This document shows, piece after piece, positions 32,034-39,891 of a DNA stretch of 46,104 nucleotides. Made by a program: the position numbers and the translations under genes. This DNA is from Candidatus Vogelbacteria bacterium (GTDB lineage: Bacteria; Patescibacteriota; Minisyncoccia; Phycocordibacterales; XYD1-FULL-46-19), in contig JAHFNY010000003.1 in NCBI GenBank assembly GCA_023267075.1, positions 1-46,104 on the forward strand. Reading direction: 5' to 3'. The first letter of the stretch is position 1. Every line of letters starts with the position of its first letter. The notes below the pieces were generated by a model. That model had not been told where the DNA came from and did no database searches. It was given only the letters and a program-made list of their open reading frames with translations.

Positions 32034-32099
32034 TATGGTTTAGTGGTAGAACACGTCCTTGCCAAGGATGAGACGGGAGTTCGATTCTCCCTACCCGCA
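32029..32099 (+). tRNA. tRNA-Gly(GCC)
   Basis: Acceptor GCGGGTA/TACCCGC, loop TTGCCAA, T-loop TTCGATT. Confidence 0.9.
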
Positions 32100-32200
32100 C
32101 ACTGCGATAGACCCATTTAGGTCAAGTATTGGACAAAAACTGGGGATAAGTCTGGGGATATGTGTATAAAAGACATGACTTATAAGCTGAAAGTTGTTTT

Positions 32201-32593
32201 ATGTTACTTAAGAAACCAACTGACAAACAAGTTATTGGTCAGCTAGGAGAAGATAAAGCGGCTGAATACTTAAGGAATAAAGGCTTTGTTATTCGTGAAA
32301 CTAATTATCGCCAGAAGTGGGGTGAGATCGATTTGATTGCTTACAAAGGACAGAACCTCCACTTTATTGAAGTCAAAACAGTGGTTAGAGACAATTTCTT
32401 ACCGGAAGACTATGAGCCAGAAGATAATATCCACCCGTGGAAGTTGAAGCGCTTGTCGCGAGCGATTCAAACTTATTTACTGGAGAAGGGGATTGATGAT
32501 GATAAAGTCGAGTGGCAGTTGGATGCGGTGGCCGTGTATTTAAATAGTAAAAGGGAAGTCTTAAGAGTAGAGCTCTTAGAAGATATATTTTAA
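32201..32593 (+). CDS. yraN: YraN-family (UPF0102) endonuclease-like protein
   Basis: GQLGEDKAAEYLRNKGFVIRETNYRQKWGEIDLIAYKGQNLHFIEVKT. Confidence 0.85.
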   Translation: MLLKKPTDKQVIGQLGEDKAAEYLRNKGFVIRETNYRQKWGEIDLIAYKGQNLHFIEVKTVVRDNFLPEDYEPEDNIHPWKLKRLSRAIQTYLLEKGIDDDKVEWQLDAVAVYLNSKREVLRVELLEDIF

Positions 32594-32613
32594 CCCTTCG
32601 ACAAGCTCAGGGT

Positions 32614-32682
32614 AAATAAAAACCCCCGGCGCGAGTCGGAGGTTATCGGAATGAACTATGGATGATTTTCTCGCGCCGGGGG
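32614..32682 (-). terminator. Long-stem hairpin terminator after the 120-aa gene
   Basis: 13-bp perfect stem CCCCCGGCGCGAG / CTCGCGCCGGGGG (32623-32635 / 32670-32682) with a 34-nt loop. The minus strand then reads TTTTTATTT. Confidence 0.55.
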
Positions 32683-32698
32683 ATCGGAATGGATACTT

Positions 32699-33061
32699 TT
32701 AGGCCGCCAGTTTGCAAGTCAGCTGGAAGCCATTGGGGGATTTGACCAGAACGTGGCCGTTTTTCCGTGGCTTGATGAGTTCACCCACGAATGGTCGCCC
32801 ACGTTTGGTTGTTGCGGCCACTGTCTGGCCGTCTGACAAAACATACGCGACTTTCCGACGGATTGGTCGCTTGGGTGTTTCGCACCGCGGTTCCGGTTTG
32901 GAGACAAAGTCCTTACGGGCAAAAGGGCTGGGGGACACCTCTTCCTCGCCGACTGTTTTGCTGACGAGAGTTTCCGGTTTTGGTGTGAATTGGTTGTTCC
33001 GGGAGCTGTGGTCGTAGAAAAAAGTCAGAAGCCAGTTGAAGAATCGTGTGAACATGGTCAA
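32699..33061 (-). CDS. hypothetical protein (120 aa), autonomous cassette
   Basis: GGAGGG sits 8 nt upstream of the ATG, with its own near-consensus promoter and terminator. No recognisable family. Confidence 0.6.
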   Translation of the reverse strand: MTMFTRFFNWLLTFFYDHSSRNNQFTPKPETLVSKTVGEEEVSPSPFARKDFVSKPEPRCETPKRPIRRKVAYVLSDGQTVAATTKRGRPFVGELIKPRKNGHVLVKSPNGFQLTCKLAA

Positions 33062-33108
33062 ACCCTCCGTCTGTGGCCTATGGCCGGTTTAGGTTTCAAT
33101 CTTTTTCC

Positions 33109-33136
33109 ATTATATCATGTAGGTATTAAATGTCAA
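33109..33136 (-). promoter_or_regulatory. Near-consensus sigma70 promoter for the 120-aa gene
   Basis: Minus strand: TTGACA (33131-33136), 16 nt, TATAAT (33109-33114). Confidence 0.6.
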
Positions 33137-33219
33137 GCGGAGATTGTTATTTTGCCCTATGAGTGTTATATTTCAAGGGTTTTTAGACTGGCGGGTAAAT
33201 GTAACGGTATTTTTAAAAA

Positions 33220-33290
33220 CGGAGTGTAGTACAGCGGTAGTATACGCGCTTCGGGTGCGCGAGACCCGAGTTCGATTCTCGGCACTCCGA
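33220..33290 (+). tRNA. tRNA-Pro(CGG)
   Basis: Acceptor CGGAGTG/CACTCCG, anticodon stem CGCGC/GCGCG, loop TTCGGGT, T-loop TTCGATT. Confidence 0.9.
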
Positions 33291-33317
33291 TTAAGTAAGT
33301 TTTTGGAGAATCCCTGT

Positions 33318-33346
33318 CCGTCCGTAGTCTGTAAGACGAAGGCGGG
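33318..33346 (+). repeat. GC-rich hairpin element (copy L2) between the two tRNA-Pro genes
   Basis: CCGTCCGTAGTC-tgtaa-GACGAAGGCGGG shares the flanks CCGTAGTC...GACGAAGGCGGG with copy L1. Confidence 0.45.
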
Positions 33347-33378
33347 CCGGCGTCCCGATAGATTGAAATGAGTATAAA

Positions 33379-33449
33379 CGGGGTGTAGTACAGTGGTAGT
33401 ATACGCGCTTTGGGAGCGCGAGATCCGAGTCCGATTCTCGGCACCCCGA
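33379..33449 (+). tRNA. tRNA-Pro(TGG)
   Basis: Acceptor CGGGGTG/CACCCCG, loop TTTGGGA. Near-identical paralog of tRNA-Pro(CGG), with a compensatory acceptor change. Confidence 0.9.
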
Positions 33450-33491
33450 TCGGAAAGTTGAAAGATTAAAACAGTGCTATAATTAAAAGAT

Positions 33492-33656
33492 ATGAAAAAA
33501 GCCGTTCTGACAATTATTGTGTTGGTGATCGTGGTGGTAGGTTTATGGTTAGTCTGGGGTCAGCAAGCGGTGGCACCAACTAATCAGAGTCCAACGGCCA
33601 GCACCTCTATTGCTATCTCCAATGAATTTGGCGGGGGAGTGAAGCTTGGGCAATAA
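33492..33656 (+). CDS. Small membrane-anchored protein (54 aa)
   Basis: MKKAVLTIIVLVIVVVGLWLVWG.. has an N-terminal TM. It is below the ORF-track size cut-off and has a weak RBS. Confidence 0.4.
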   Translation: MKKAVLTIIVLVIVVVGLWLVWGQQAVAPTNQSPTASTSIAISNEFGGGVKLGQ

Positions 33657-33657
33657 A

Positions 33658-34398
33658 TTATTTAGTCCAAAAGCTTTCAAAAATCGCCCGGAGGGTAAAG
33701 TTGACCGCCCGGCTCCGGAGGATGATGCCAAACATTTCTTCCTTCTGATAAGAGACGAAGGCGACTTTCTGCCGATAAATATAAATACCGAGAGTGAACG
33801 GGTAATCGTCTACCGGTAGATATTTAACCTGTTCCAATTCCTCCGGCCGGGGTGAGATTTTATAATCCTTTTTGCTATCGCCGGTTAAATTAATATTAAC
33901 GCGGCGCATTTTTATCCCACTGGCAATTCGGCGTGGTTCCCAATCGTGTTGGAGAAAGTCGATAATGGTGGGGGAAATAAGATCTTTAGGCGCGGCTAGA
34001 GCCATAATGTCACCTGGTTTCTTGATCATATCGTCATAAATCTTTTCTAAACCAAGCTTGCCTTCATAAATTCTTACCGCTGGCTTCTTAGCTACATTGT
34101 TCTTGAGCGCTTCTAGCTCGGGTAAGATTTGTTTAAAAATATTCTCGCGTTGTTTTAAGAATAAGCCTACATTATCCGGTTCTTCCATAATAAACACTTT
34201 TTTCTTGCCTTGTTGACTGGCATTGACCAACTTCTTTTCTCGCAAACTATTTATAATCTCATAAATGGTTGTTCTTTTAATGGCCGATTCTGCTGCCAAG
34301 TCTTGAATCGTGGCCGGACCAAGTTGGAGACCGGCCAGGTAAAGCTTGGCTTCTTTCTCATTTAAACCAATTTTCTGCAAGTAATCTTCTAAGATCAT
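33658..34398 (-). CDS. TrmB-family transcriptional regulator (second paralog)
   Basis: LQKIGLNEKEAKLYLAGLQLGPATIQDLAAESAIKRTTIYEIINSLREKKLV. Confidence 0.85.
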   Translation of the reverse strand: MILEDYLQKIGLNEKEAKLYLAGLQLGPATIQDLAAESAIKRTTIYEIINSLREKKLVNASQQGKKKVFIMEEPDNVGLFLKQRENIFKQILPELEALKNNVAKKPAVRIYEGKLGLEKIYDDMIKKPGDIMALAAPKDLISPTIIDFLQHDWEPRRIASGIKMRRVNINLTGDSKKDYKISPRPEELEQVKYLPVDDYPFTLGIYIYRQKVAFVSYQKEEMFGIILRSRAVNFTLRAIFESFWTK

Positions 34399-34589
34399 AA
34401 TTAAGTTTAATTATAATCCTGTCAGCTTTTCCGTCAACATAATTTTCTAAAATAACTTTATTTTATAAGCTATTAACAGTTATTTTAATAAATTATGACT
34501 TTTTTACTGACTAGTTTCACTTAATCGCTTATTCTAGAATCAGGTTTAATTATCGACCTTTGACAATTGAAAATCGGAAGGAGGGGAAG

Positions 34590-35186
34590 ATGACTAAATT
34601 GTTGATGATGGTAATTACGGGCGGCCCTTGTGGCGGCAAAAGTTCTGTACTCACTAAATTGACCGAAGTATTTTCTGACTTAATTGCCGTTGTACCGGAA
34701 GCGGCGACTCAATTGTTGAATGTCTGTCCCGTTCCGGAGCGCGACTGCCCATTGAGCGATACCTGGTTAAGAATTTTCCAACCAGCGGTTTATCACACCC
34801 AAATAGCGGCAGAAGATGGTTGGGCCTTGTTGGGAAAGAGACTTTTAGTTTGTGATCGCGGAGCAATGGATGGCGCTGGTTACTTGAAGGATAAAGAACT
34901 CTTCTTGTCTTTAATTGGCCAGCAAGAAGAAACTATTTTGCAACGTTATTGGACGGTGATTCATCTTGAGTCATTGGCCGTAGGCCAACCGGAGAAGTAT
35001 CTAAAACTTAAGCAGAGCAATCCCAATCGTTATGAGGGTGTCGTTGAGGCGCGAGCGGTTGATGTCTCAATCTGCGCCGCTTGGGCCAATCATCCACGCC
35101 AGATTATCCTTTCTAGTCTTGATTCACTTGAGCATAAGGAAGAATTCGTCATCAACCTAATCAGGGAGGGAATTGGCCATGAATAA
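34590..35186 (+). CDS. AAA_28/NadR-kinase-like P-loop protein
   Basis: GGAAGGAGGGG RBS before the ATG at 34590. Walker A VITGGPCGGKSS. Confidence 0.65.
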   Translation: MTKLLMMVITGGPCGGKSSVLTKLTEVFSDLIAVVPEAATQLLNVCPVPERDCPLSDTWLRIFQPAVYHTQIAAEDGWALLGKRLLVCDRGAMDGAGYLKDKELFLSLIGQQEETILQRYWTVIHLESLAVGQPEKYLKLKQSNPNRYEGVVEARAVDVSICAAWANHPRQIILSSLDSLEHKEEFVINLIREGIGHE

Positions 35187-35679
35187 AAACGGGAAAGAAA
35201 TTGAGCGGAAGTGGTTCTTGGCTTGTATGCCACCCATTGGAATTTATGGCGATTGTAATCAAGTGCCACTACATGAGATTGAGCAGTTTTATTTTAAGAC
35301 CCAGAAGTCGGGGACAGAACTGCGAGTTCGTCGGGAAGGAGCAGGTTTTTCCATAACGGAAAAAAGTGGTAACGGTCTAGTCCGAGAGGAAACAGAGATC
35401 GCTATCACTAAAGAGATGTTTCTTGCTCTCCAGCCGCTAGCCATTGGCTCAGCAAGAAAACGGCGTTTCTTTATTCCTCACCAGGGAAGAACATTACTAC
35501 TCGATCAATACCTTGGACCTTTGCAGAATCTTGTGATTTTGGAATGTGAGTTCTCGTCCAAAGAAGAATCGGCGGAGTTTGTTCTTCCGGATTGGGCGCA
35601 GGTACCAATTGAAGTGACAGAAAGTCCCCGTTTCAGCAACAAGCTTCTGGCTCTTAATGGTTTCCCGGGCGCGCCATAG
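35173..35679 (+). CDS. CYTH-domain triphosphate tunnel metalloenzyme
   Basis: The EIERKWFL N-terminal signature, ELRVRR and REETEI strands. Overlaps the upstream gene by 14 nt. Confidence 0.8.
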   Translation: MAMNKNGKEIERKWFLACMPPIGIYGDCNQVPLHEIEQFYFKTQKSGTELRVRREGAGFSITEKSGNGLVREETEIAITKEMFLALQPLAIGSARKRRFFIPHQGRTLLLDQYLGPLQNLVILECEFSSKEESAEFVLPDWAQVPIEVTESPRFSNKLLALNGFPGAP

Positions 35680-35696
35680 GCGCGCCTTTTTCTTTT
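35668..35696 (+). terminator. Intrinsic terminator
   Basis: GGCGCGCC-ata-GGCGCGCC hairpin followed by TTTTTCTTTT. It overlaps the TAG stop. Confidence 0.65.
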
Positions 35697-35760
35697 GACC
35701 TTTTGGCGGTAGAATGGTGATAGTAATAGAGCTTAATTTTATTAGCTTAATAACTTATTT

Positions 35761-36810
35761 ATGATAAAAAAATTGTTTTTAGTGTTGTTGGTTCTGGCTT
35801 TGGTCCCAAGCTTGGCCAGTGCCGCTACTTTACAGACCAATAGCCATTATTTTTTGCCGCTTGGGCAAACAGTTAACGGCAATTTATACGTCGCGAGTGG
35901 CAATACCACTGTGGCGGGTAATGTAAATGGCGATCTGTATCTTGGAGCTGGCACCGCGACGATTACTGGTGAAGTCCGTGGCGACTTGGTAGTGGCCGGT
36001 GGCACAGTGACAGTGACGGGGGTGGTGGATGGAGACTTGCGCGTCTTGGGTGGCAATGTGACTGTGGCGGGCCCGGTGAGGGGAGATGTCTTCGTTATTG
36101 GCGGTTCATTATCTTTAAGTGATGCCGTAGGCGGTGATGCTGATTTTATTGGCGGGATGCTCTCGGTGGAGAGTGGCGCTACCGTAACTGGCCGTTTGGT
36201 GTATCGCTCTAATAGCGAAGCGCGGATTAGTAATCAAGCGGTAATCCGCGGGGGAGTAACATATGATCAAACTTTGGCTAAAAGCATTGGGATTGTGAAG
36301 GAGGCAGGGGCGAAGTCAGTTGTCTCGGGCTTTGCCGCCCTCCTGGGAGTGTGGATTTTCTTAAAATTATTGATGTATCTCTTTGCGGCGCTCGTCTTCT
36401 ATTGGTTATTTCGGCCGTACTTGGAAGGAATTGTTCATCAAGCGGTAAAGATGCCTGGTCGCGCTCTTGGCGTGGGCTTTATTACTCTCGTGGTGGTGCC
36501 GGCTTTGGCTCTCGTCTTCGCTATTTCTATTGTTGGTTTGCCCTTGGCGATTATTTTAGGCTTGGCCTACTTAATAATCTTGGGGGTAGCTAAACTTTCT
36601 GCTGGCGCTTTAATTGGGGCGTGGGGAGAGAAGATTATTCTTAAGCGGGCTAATTATCGGGTGGGTTGGCAGGGGGTAATTGGTGGTACTTTGGTCTTAT
36701 TTATCCTAATGTTTATCCCCGTGATTGGTTGGATTATTGCGGCCCTCGCTTGCTTACTTACCTTTGGCGCCATTGCCGACGTGGTGTATAAAAAGTGGCT
36801 CGCTAGGTAG
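35761..36810 (+). CDS. Membrane protein with bactofilin-like beta-helix repeats and a C-terminal polytopic domain
   Basis: Signal peptide, then repeated G-x-V-x-GDL/V units (VAGNVNGDLYL, ITGEVRGDLVV, VTGVVDGDLRV, VAGPVRGDVFV), then 4-5 TM helices. Confidence 0.7.
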   Translation: MIKKLFLVLLVLALVPSLASAATLQTNSHYFLPLGQTVNGNLYVASGNTTVAGNVNGDLYLGAGTATITGEVRGDLVVAGGTVTVTGVVDGDLRVLGGNVTVAGPVRGDVFVIGGSLSLSDAVGGDADFIGGMLSVESGATVTGRLVYRSNSEARISNQAVIRGGVTYDQTLAKSIGIVKEAGAKSVVSGFAALLGVWIFLKLLMYLFAALVFYWLFRPYLEGIVHQAVKMPGRALGVGFITLVVVPALALVFAISIVGLPLAIILGLAYLIILGVAKLSAGALIGAWGEKIILKRANYRVGWQGVIGGTLVLFILMFIPVIGWIIAALACLLTFGAIADVVYKKWLAR

Positions 36811-36825
36811 CGATTGACTAAGTGG

Positions 36826-36853
36826 TTGACTTTTTAACTGATTCGTGTATACT
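36826..36853 (+). promoter_or_regulatory. Promoter of the RRM gene, giving a 5' UTR of about 100 nt
   Basis: TTGACT (36826-36831), 16 nt, TATACT (36848-36853). The UTR contains the hairpin GGCGA..TCGCC at 36903-36928. Confidence 0.5.
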
Positions 36854-36958
36854 AAAGGGGTTGTAAGTTCTCCGTTTCTTAAGTTCCCCAAACGCGCGAG
36901 CGGGCGAGGCGAGAACGTGAGGGTCGCCTTACACGCTACTAGTTTTAAGCGCAAGAAA

Positions 36959-37219
36959 ATGGCTAAAAAGTTATACGTTGGTGGTTTACCTTACTCTACT
37001 TCCAACGACGAGCTTAAGGACGCTTTCTCCCAAGCTGGGAACGTAGAATCGGCTACTGTCATCACTGATAAGATGACTGGTCGTTCTAAGGGATTCGGCT
37101 TCGTAGAAATGAGTTCTGATGCCGAGGCCCAGAAGGCAATTGACCTCTGGAACGGCAAAGATTTCGGTGGGCGCAATCTCACCGTGTCTGAAGCTCGCCC
37201 CCTCGCTCCTCGGAATTAA
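36959..37219 (+). CDS. RRM-type RNA-binding protein
   Basis: KLYVGGLPY (RNP2) and KGFGFVEM (RNP1). Confidence 0.9.
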   Translation: MAKKLYVGGLPYSTSNDELKDAFSQAGNVESATVITDKMTGRSKGFGFVEMSSDAEAQKAIDLWNGKDFGGRNLTVSEARPLAPRN

Positions 37220-37235
37220 TCCTTAGAGCAAAAAA

Positions 37236-37272
37236 CCGGCTCAAGCGTATAAAAGCGCTTGGGCCGGTTTTT
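37236..37272 (+). terminator. Hairpin terminator between convergent genes
   Basis: CCGGCTCAAGCG..GCGCTTGGGCCGG followed by TTTTT, with an A-run upstream. Confidence 0.55.
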
Positions 37273-37282
37273 CGTTGGCGAC

Positions 37283-37573
37283 TTAGGTTCTTGTGCATAC
37301 CCCTTCCCCCGAGACTTGCTGTTGATCCAACCAATTCTTCATCTCTGGTAATAGTCTCTCAAATTTGTCACCCTTAACAAAGATGACAAAGTTTAACTCA
37401 GGGCCACTAGACTCTAGAGTTAAGAGAATCTGATACCCCAACCCGGGGTCTTTTGAAGTTAAAGTTGAGATGAGAGTTTTTCCCTCTTCAACATCTTTCC
37501 GATTCATGTGGATTAGCGTCTTGTTATAAACAAACGCCTGAAATTTACCGACGATATCTTTTAGATTATTCAC
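37283..37573 (-). CDS. Hypothetical protein (about 96 aa; GTG start)
   Basis: AGGAGG sits 8 nt upstream of the second GTG (37573). No recognisable family. Confidence 0.5.
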   Translation of the reverse strand: MNNLKDIVGKFQAFVYNKTLIHMNRKDVEEGKTLISTLTSKDPGLGYQILLTLESSGPELNFVIFVKGDKFERLLPEMKNWLDQQQVSGEGVCTRT

Positions 37574-37654
37574 TTTTCTCACCTCCTTTCAAAAGTAGGT
37601 TAAGTTTAATCGCCAACTTGTAGAAGACCCTTCTACTTTAAGTCTAGCGCACTT

Positions 37655-37725
37655 TCGGGCTGCCGGGAATCGAACCCGGTCTATACCCACCCCATGGGCA
37701 CGTACTACCGGTATACTACAGCCCG
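37655..37725 (-). tRNA. tRNA-Pro(GGG)
   Basis: Minus strand: acceptor CGGGCTG/CAGCCCG, anticodon stem TGCCC/GGGTA, loop ATGGGGT, T-loop TTCGATT. Confidence 0.9.
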
Positions 37726-37845
37726 TAAACACGCCAAATGTAACACGTTTTTCAGGATTTTTCTAGAATTGGACGGCGGGGCCTTTCTTTCGGTATACTG
37801 CGGTTAGTTAGTTATTTTGCCACTCATACTAAGAGGGGAAATCAG

Positions 37846-38262
37846 ATGGGTAGACATTTTTGTCGCAATGGATGTCGTGGTAATGGGAAGAATCAGAGGA
37901 CTATTAGGAGAATTATCTGGGCCTCGGACCATCCTCTGGGAAAGGAACAACTCAAGGTATTGCAAGAGCTTCATCCTGATTTGCGGGTAAACTGGGATCC
38001 AGGTCTTATCGGGAATGACTGCGATTCCGCGGTCAAAGCTTTAAGAAAATGCCATGATGCCTTCGTGTATCTGGTGTGCAGTAAGGCTCAAAAGACAGTG
38101 TTGGATCTCGAGTGTGGGCGCGATCGGAGTTTGTCATACGGCTTTTTCTCAAAAGTCAGGCATAATGAAGGTCGGGAGAACTTTGATTTTGTTTTTCAAG
38201 TTTCCCACGGCGAAATGGAAGTGGTTTGGGAACGCAGAAAATGTTTGGCCGAGGTTGTGTAA
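37846..38262 (+). CDS. Hypothetical Cys/Arg-rich protein (138 aa)
   Basis: ORF followed by a strong terminator. No recognisable family. Confidence 0.55.
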   Translation: MGRHFCRNGCRGNGKNQRTIRRIIWASDHPLGKEQLKVLQELHPDLRVNWDPGLIGNDCDSAVKALRKCHDAFVYLVCSKAQKTVLDLECGRDRSLSYGFFSKVRHNEGRENFDFVFQVSHGEMEVVWERRKCLAEVV

Positions 38263-38268
38263 TATTCC

Positions 38269-38303
38269 GCCGGAGCGCGCTTTGCGCTCCGGCATTCTTT
38301 TTT
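38269..38303 (+). terminator. Intrinsic terminator
   Basis: GCCGGAGCGC-gcttt-GCGCTCCGGC followed by ATTCTTTTTT. Confidence 0.7.
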
Positions 38304-38320
38304 GTTAGGATAGATTGTTC

Positions 38321-38356
38321 GGCGGGTTTACCCGCCGGAGCTTTAGCGGAGGCGGG
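38321..38356 (+). repeat. GC-rich hairpin element (copy L3) abutting tRNA-Gly(TCC)
   Basis: GGCGGG-ttta-CCCGCC-GGAGCTTTAGCGGA-GGCGGG. The last GGCGGG overlaps the tRNA 5' acceptor strand. Confidence 0.5.
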
Positions 38357-38422
38357 ATTAGTTTAGTGGTAGAATGCCAGTTTTCCAAACTGGAGATGAG
38401 GGTCCGATTCCCTCATCCCGCA
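38352..38422 (+). tRNA. tRNA-Gly(TCC)
   Basis: Acceptor GCGGGAT/ATCCCGC, anticodon stem CCAGT/ACTGG, loop TTTCCAA, T-loop TCCGATT. Confidence 0.9.
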
Positions 38423-38449
38423 TTTATAAGCTTTTAAAATTAATTCAGA

Positions 38450-39277
38450 ATGAAACAGTTTGGCTATGTGAATGGGCAAATGGTTAAGATAAGTGAGCCC
38501 CAGGTTAAATTAAATGATCTCGCGCTCTTGCGAGGATATGCCGTGTTTGACTTCGTTAAAGTTATTAAAGGCAAACCCCTTTTCTGGCCGGAGCATTTAG
38601 CCCGGTTCCGTCGCTCGGCCAAGCGCCTTGGCCTCGCGATACCCAAAACTGATGCTCAAATTACCCTTGCGGCTAAAAGCTTAATTAAGAAAAATAATTT
38701 TACCGCTGGGAGTTTGCGTTTAATCTTAACTGGTGGGGAAACTGCTGATGGTTTGACTCCTAGTGGTAAAACTGTCTTTGCTATTTTGGCGGAGGATAGT
38801 TACACCTTGCCGGAGCCAGTATTTAAAACTGGTGGTAAATTAATTACTGTCGATTATGAGCGTCTTTTCCCCAGTGCTAAAACGACTAATTATCTTTTAG
38901 CCGTCAGCTTGTTGAAGAAAAAGCTTAAAGCCGGAGCCATAGAAATATTGTACGTGAAAGATAACCACGTGTTTGAAGCTTCTACCAGCAACTTCTTCCT
39001 TGTTTTTGGCAATAAAATTGTCACGCCTAAAGATGGCGTTCTCCCTGGGATTACTCGCGCTAAAGTAATTGGTTTGGCTAAAAAGTTGGGTTATAAAGTA
39101 GAAGAGCGGAAAATTAAAGTTAATGAAATTAAACGGGCAAGCGAGGCCTTCCTCACCGCCACTAATAAAGATGTCGCTCCCATCATCAACATTGATGGCC
39201 AGAAAATTGGCAATGGTAAAGTGGGGGAGGTGACTAAAAGCTTATTGAAAAAGTATCGTAAATTAATTAACAGTTAA
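38450..39277 (+). CDS. Class IV (branched-chain / D-amino-acid) aminotransferase
   Basis: LLRGYAVFDFVKV, HLARFRRSA, SAKTTNYL (catalytic Lys context), and GITR. Confidence 0.85.
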   Translation: MKQFGYVNGQMVKISEPQVKLNDLALLRGYAVFDFVKVIKGKPLFWPEHLARFRRSAKRLGLAIPKTDAQITLAAKSLIKKNNFTAGSLRLILTGGETADGLTPSGKTVFAILAEDSYTLPEPVFKTGGKLITVDYERLFPSAKTTNYLLAVSLLKKKLKAGAIEILYVKDNHVFEASTSNFFLVFGNKIVTPKDGVLPGITRAKVIGLAKKLGYKVEERKIKVNEIKRASEAFLTATNKDVAPIINIDGQKIGNGKVGEVTKSLLKKYRKLINS

Positions 39278-39288
39278 TTAACTAAAAA

Positions 39289-39306
39289 ATCCGCCCGAGG
39301 GCGGAT
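39289..39306. terminator. Bidirectional hairpin between convergent genes
   Basis: ATCCGCCC-ga-GGGCGGAT, flanked by an A-run upstream and CTTT downstream. Confidence 0.5.
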
Positions 39307-39334
39307 CCTTTAGATAGTGGTCCAAAGATTATGG

Positions 39335-39607
39335 TTATTTAACCGCGTCTTTGAACGCTTTCGCGGGGCGGAACTTTGGCACCTTCATGGCGGCAACTTG
39401 GACCGAGGCGCCAGTGCGCGGATTGCGCGCGGTGCGCGCGGCTCGTTGCTTAACCGAGAAAATGCCCAAGCCGGCAATGGAGACCTCGCCGCCCTTCTTT
39501 AAAGTGCCAACGATGGAATCAATGACTTTATCTACGGCTTGCTCGGCTTGCACCTTAGTGCCGCCTAAAACCTCGTGGACAGCATCCACAATGGCCATTT
39601 TATTCAT
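39335..39607 (-). CDS. hup: HU-family DNA-binding protein
   Basis: GFGIF-like GLGIFSVKQRAARTARNPRTG arm. 90 aa. Confidence 0.9.
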   Translation of the reverse strand: MNKMAIVDAVHEVLGGTKVQAEQAVDKVIDSIVGTLKKGGEVSIAGLGIFSVKQRAARTARNPRTGASVQVAAMKVPKFRPAKAFKDAVK

Positions 39608-39728
39608 AAAAATAAATTGGGCTTACTTTTTAATAAGACGACCTAGTTTTCTCCACCTGTTTTAAGTATATAACTGGCCCTTTTTAAGCGCAATAGAGCC
39701 ATATTTTAGCGGGGATAAGTGAAAATAC

Positions 39729-39757
39729 TTGACTTTTAATCTGATATATGCTAAGAT
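39729..39757 (+). promoter_or_regulatory. Cassette A promoter
   Basis: TTGACT, 17 nt, TAAGAT. Same geometry and the same -10 as cassette B. Confidence 0.65.
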
Positions 39758-39765
39758 TAAGCAAT

Positions 39766-39820
39766 AGCATTAATCAGCTCTGTTCCTTGAAATTGTTTCT
39801 ACGCCACCATTCAGGCGATT
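39766..39820 (+). promoter_or_regulatory. Conserved 5' leader motif, copy A
   Basis: AGCATTAATCAGCTCT..TTGAAATTGT..CGCC-ACCATTCA-GGCG-ATT. It aligns with copy B at 40740-40791. Confidence 0.5.
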
Positions 39821-39891
39821 ACCGAGAGGTAGAAAACACTTACGGTCATAATGACTGTAAGTAATTGCCTGATGGCAAGGAGAAAATAGTT

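Noticed and set aside
31753-32100. ORFs overlapping the tRNA genes (31753..32100 minus, 31772..32008 plus, 33166..33444 minus)
   Set aside because: They are fully explained by tRNA genes and spacers. There is no RBS, and the frames arise from tRNA sequence.
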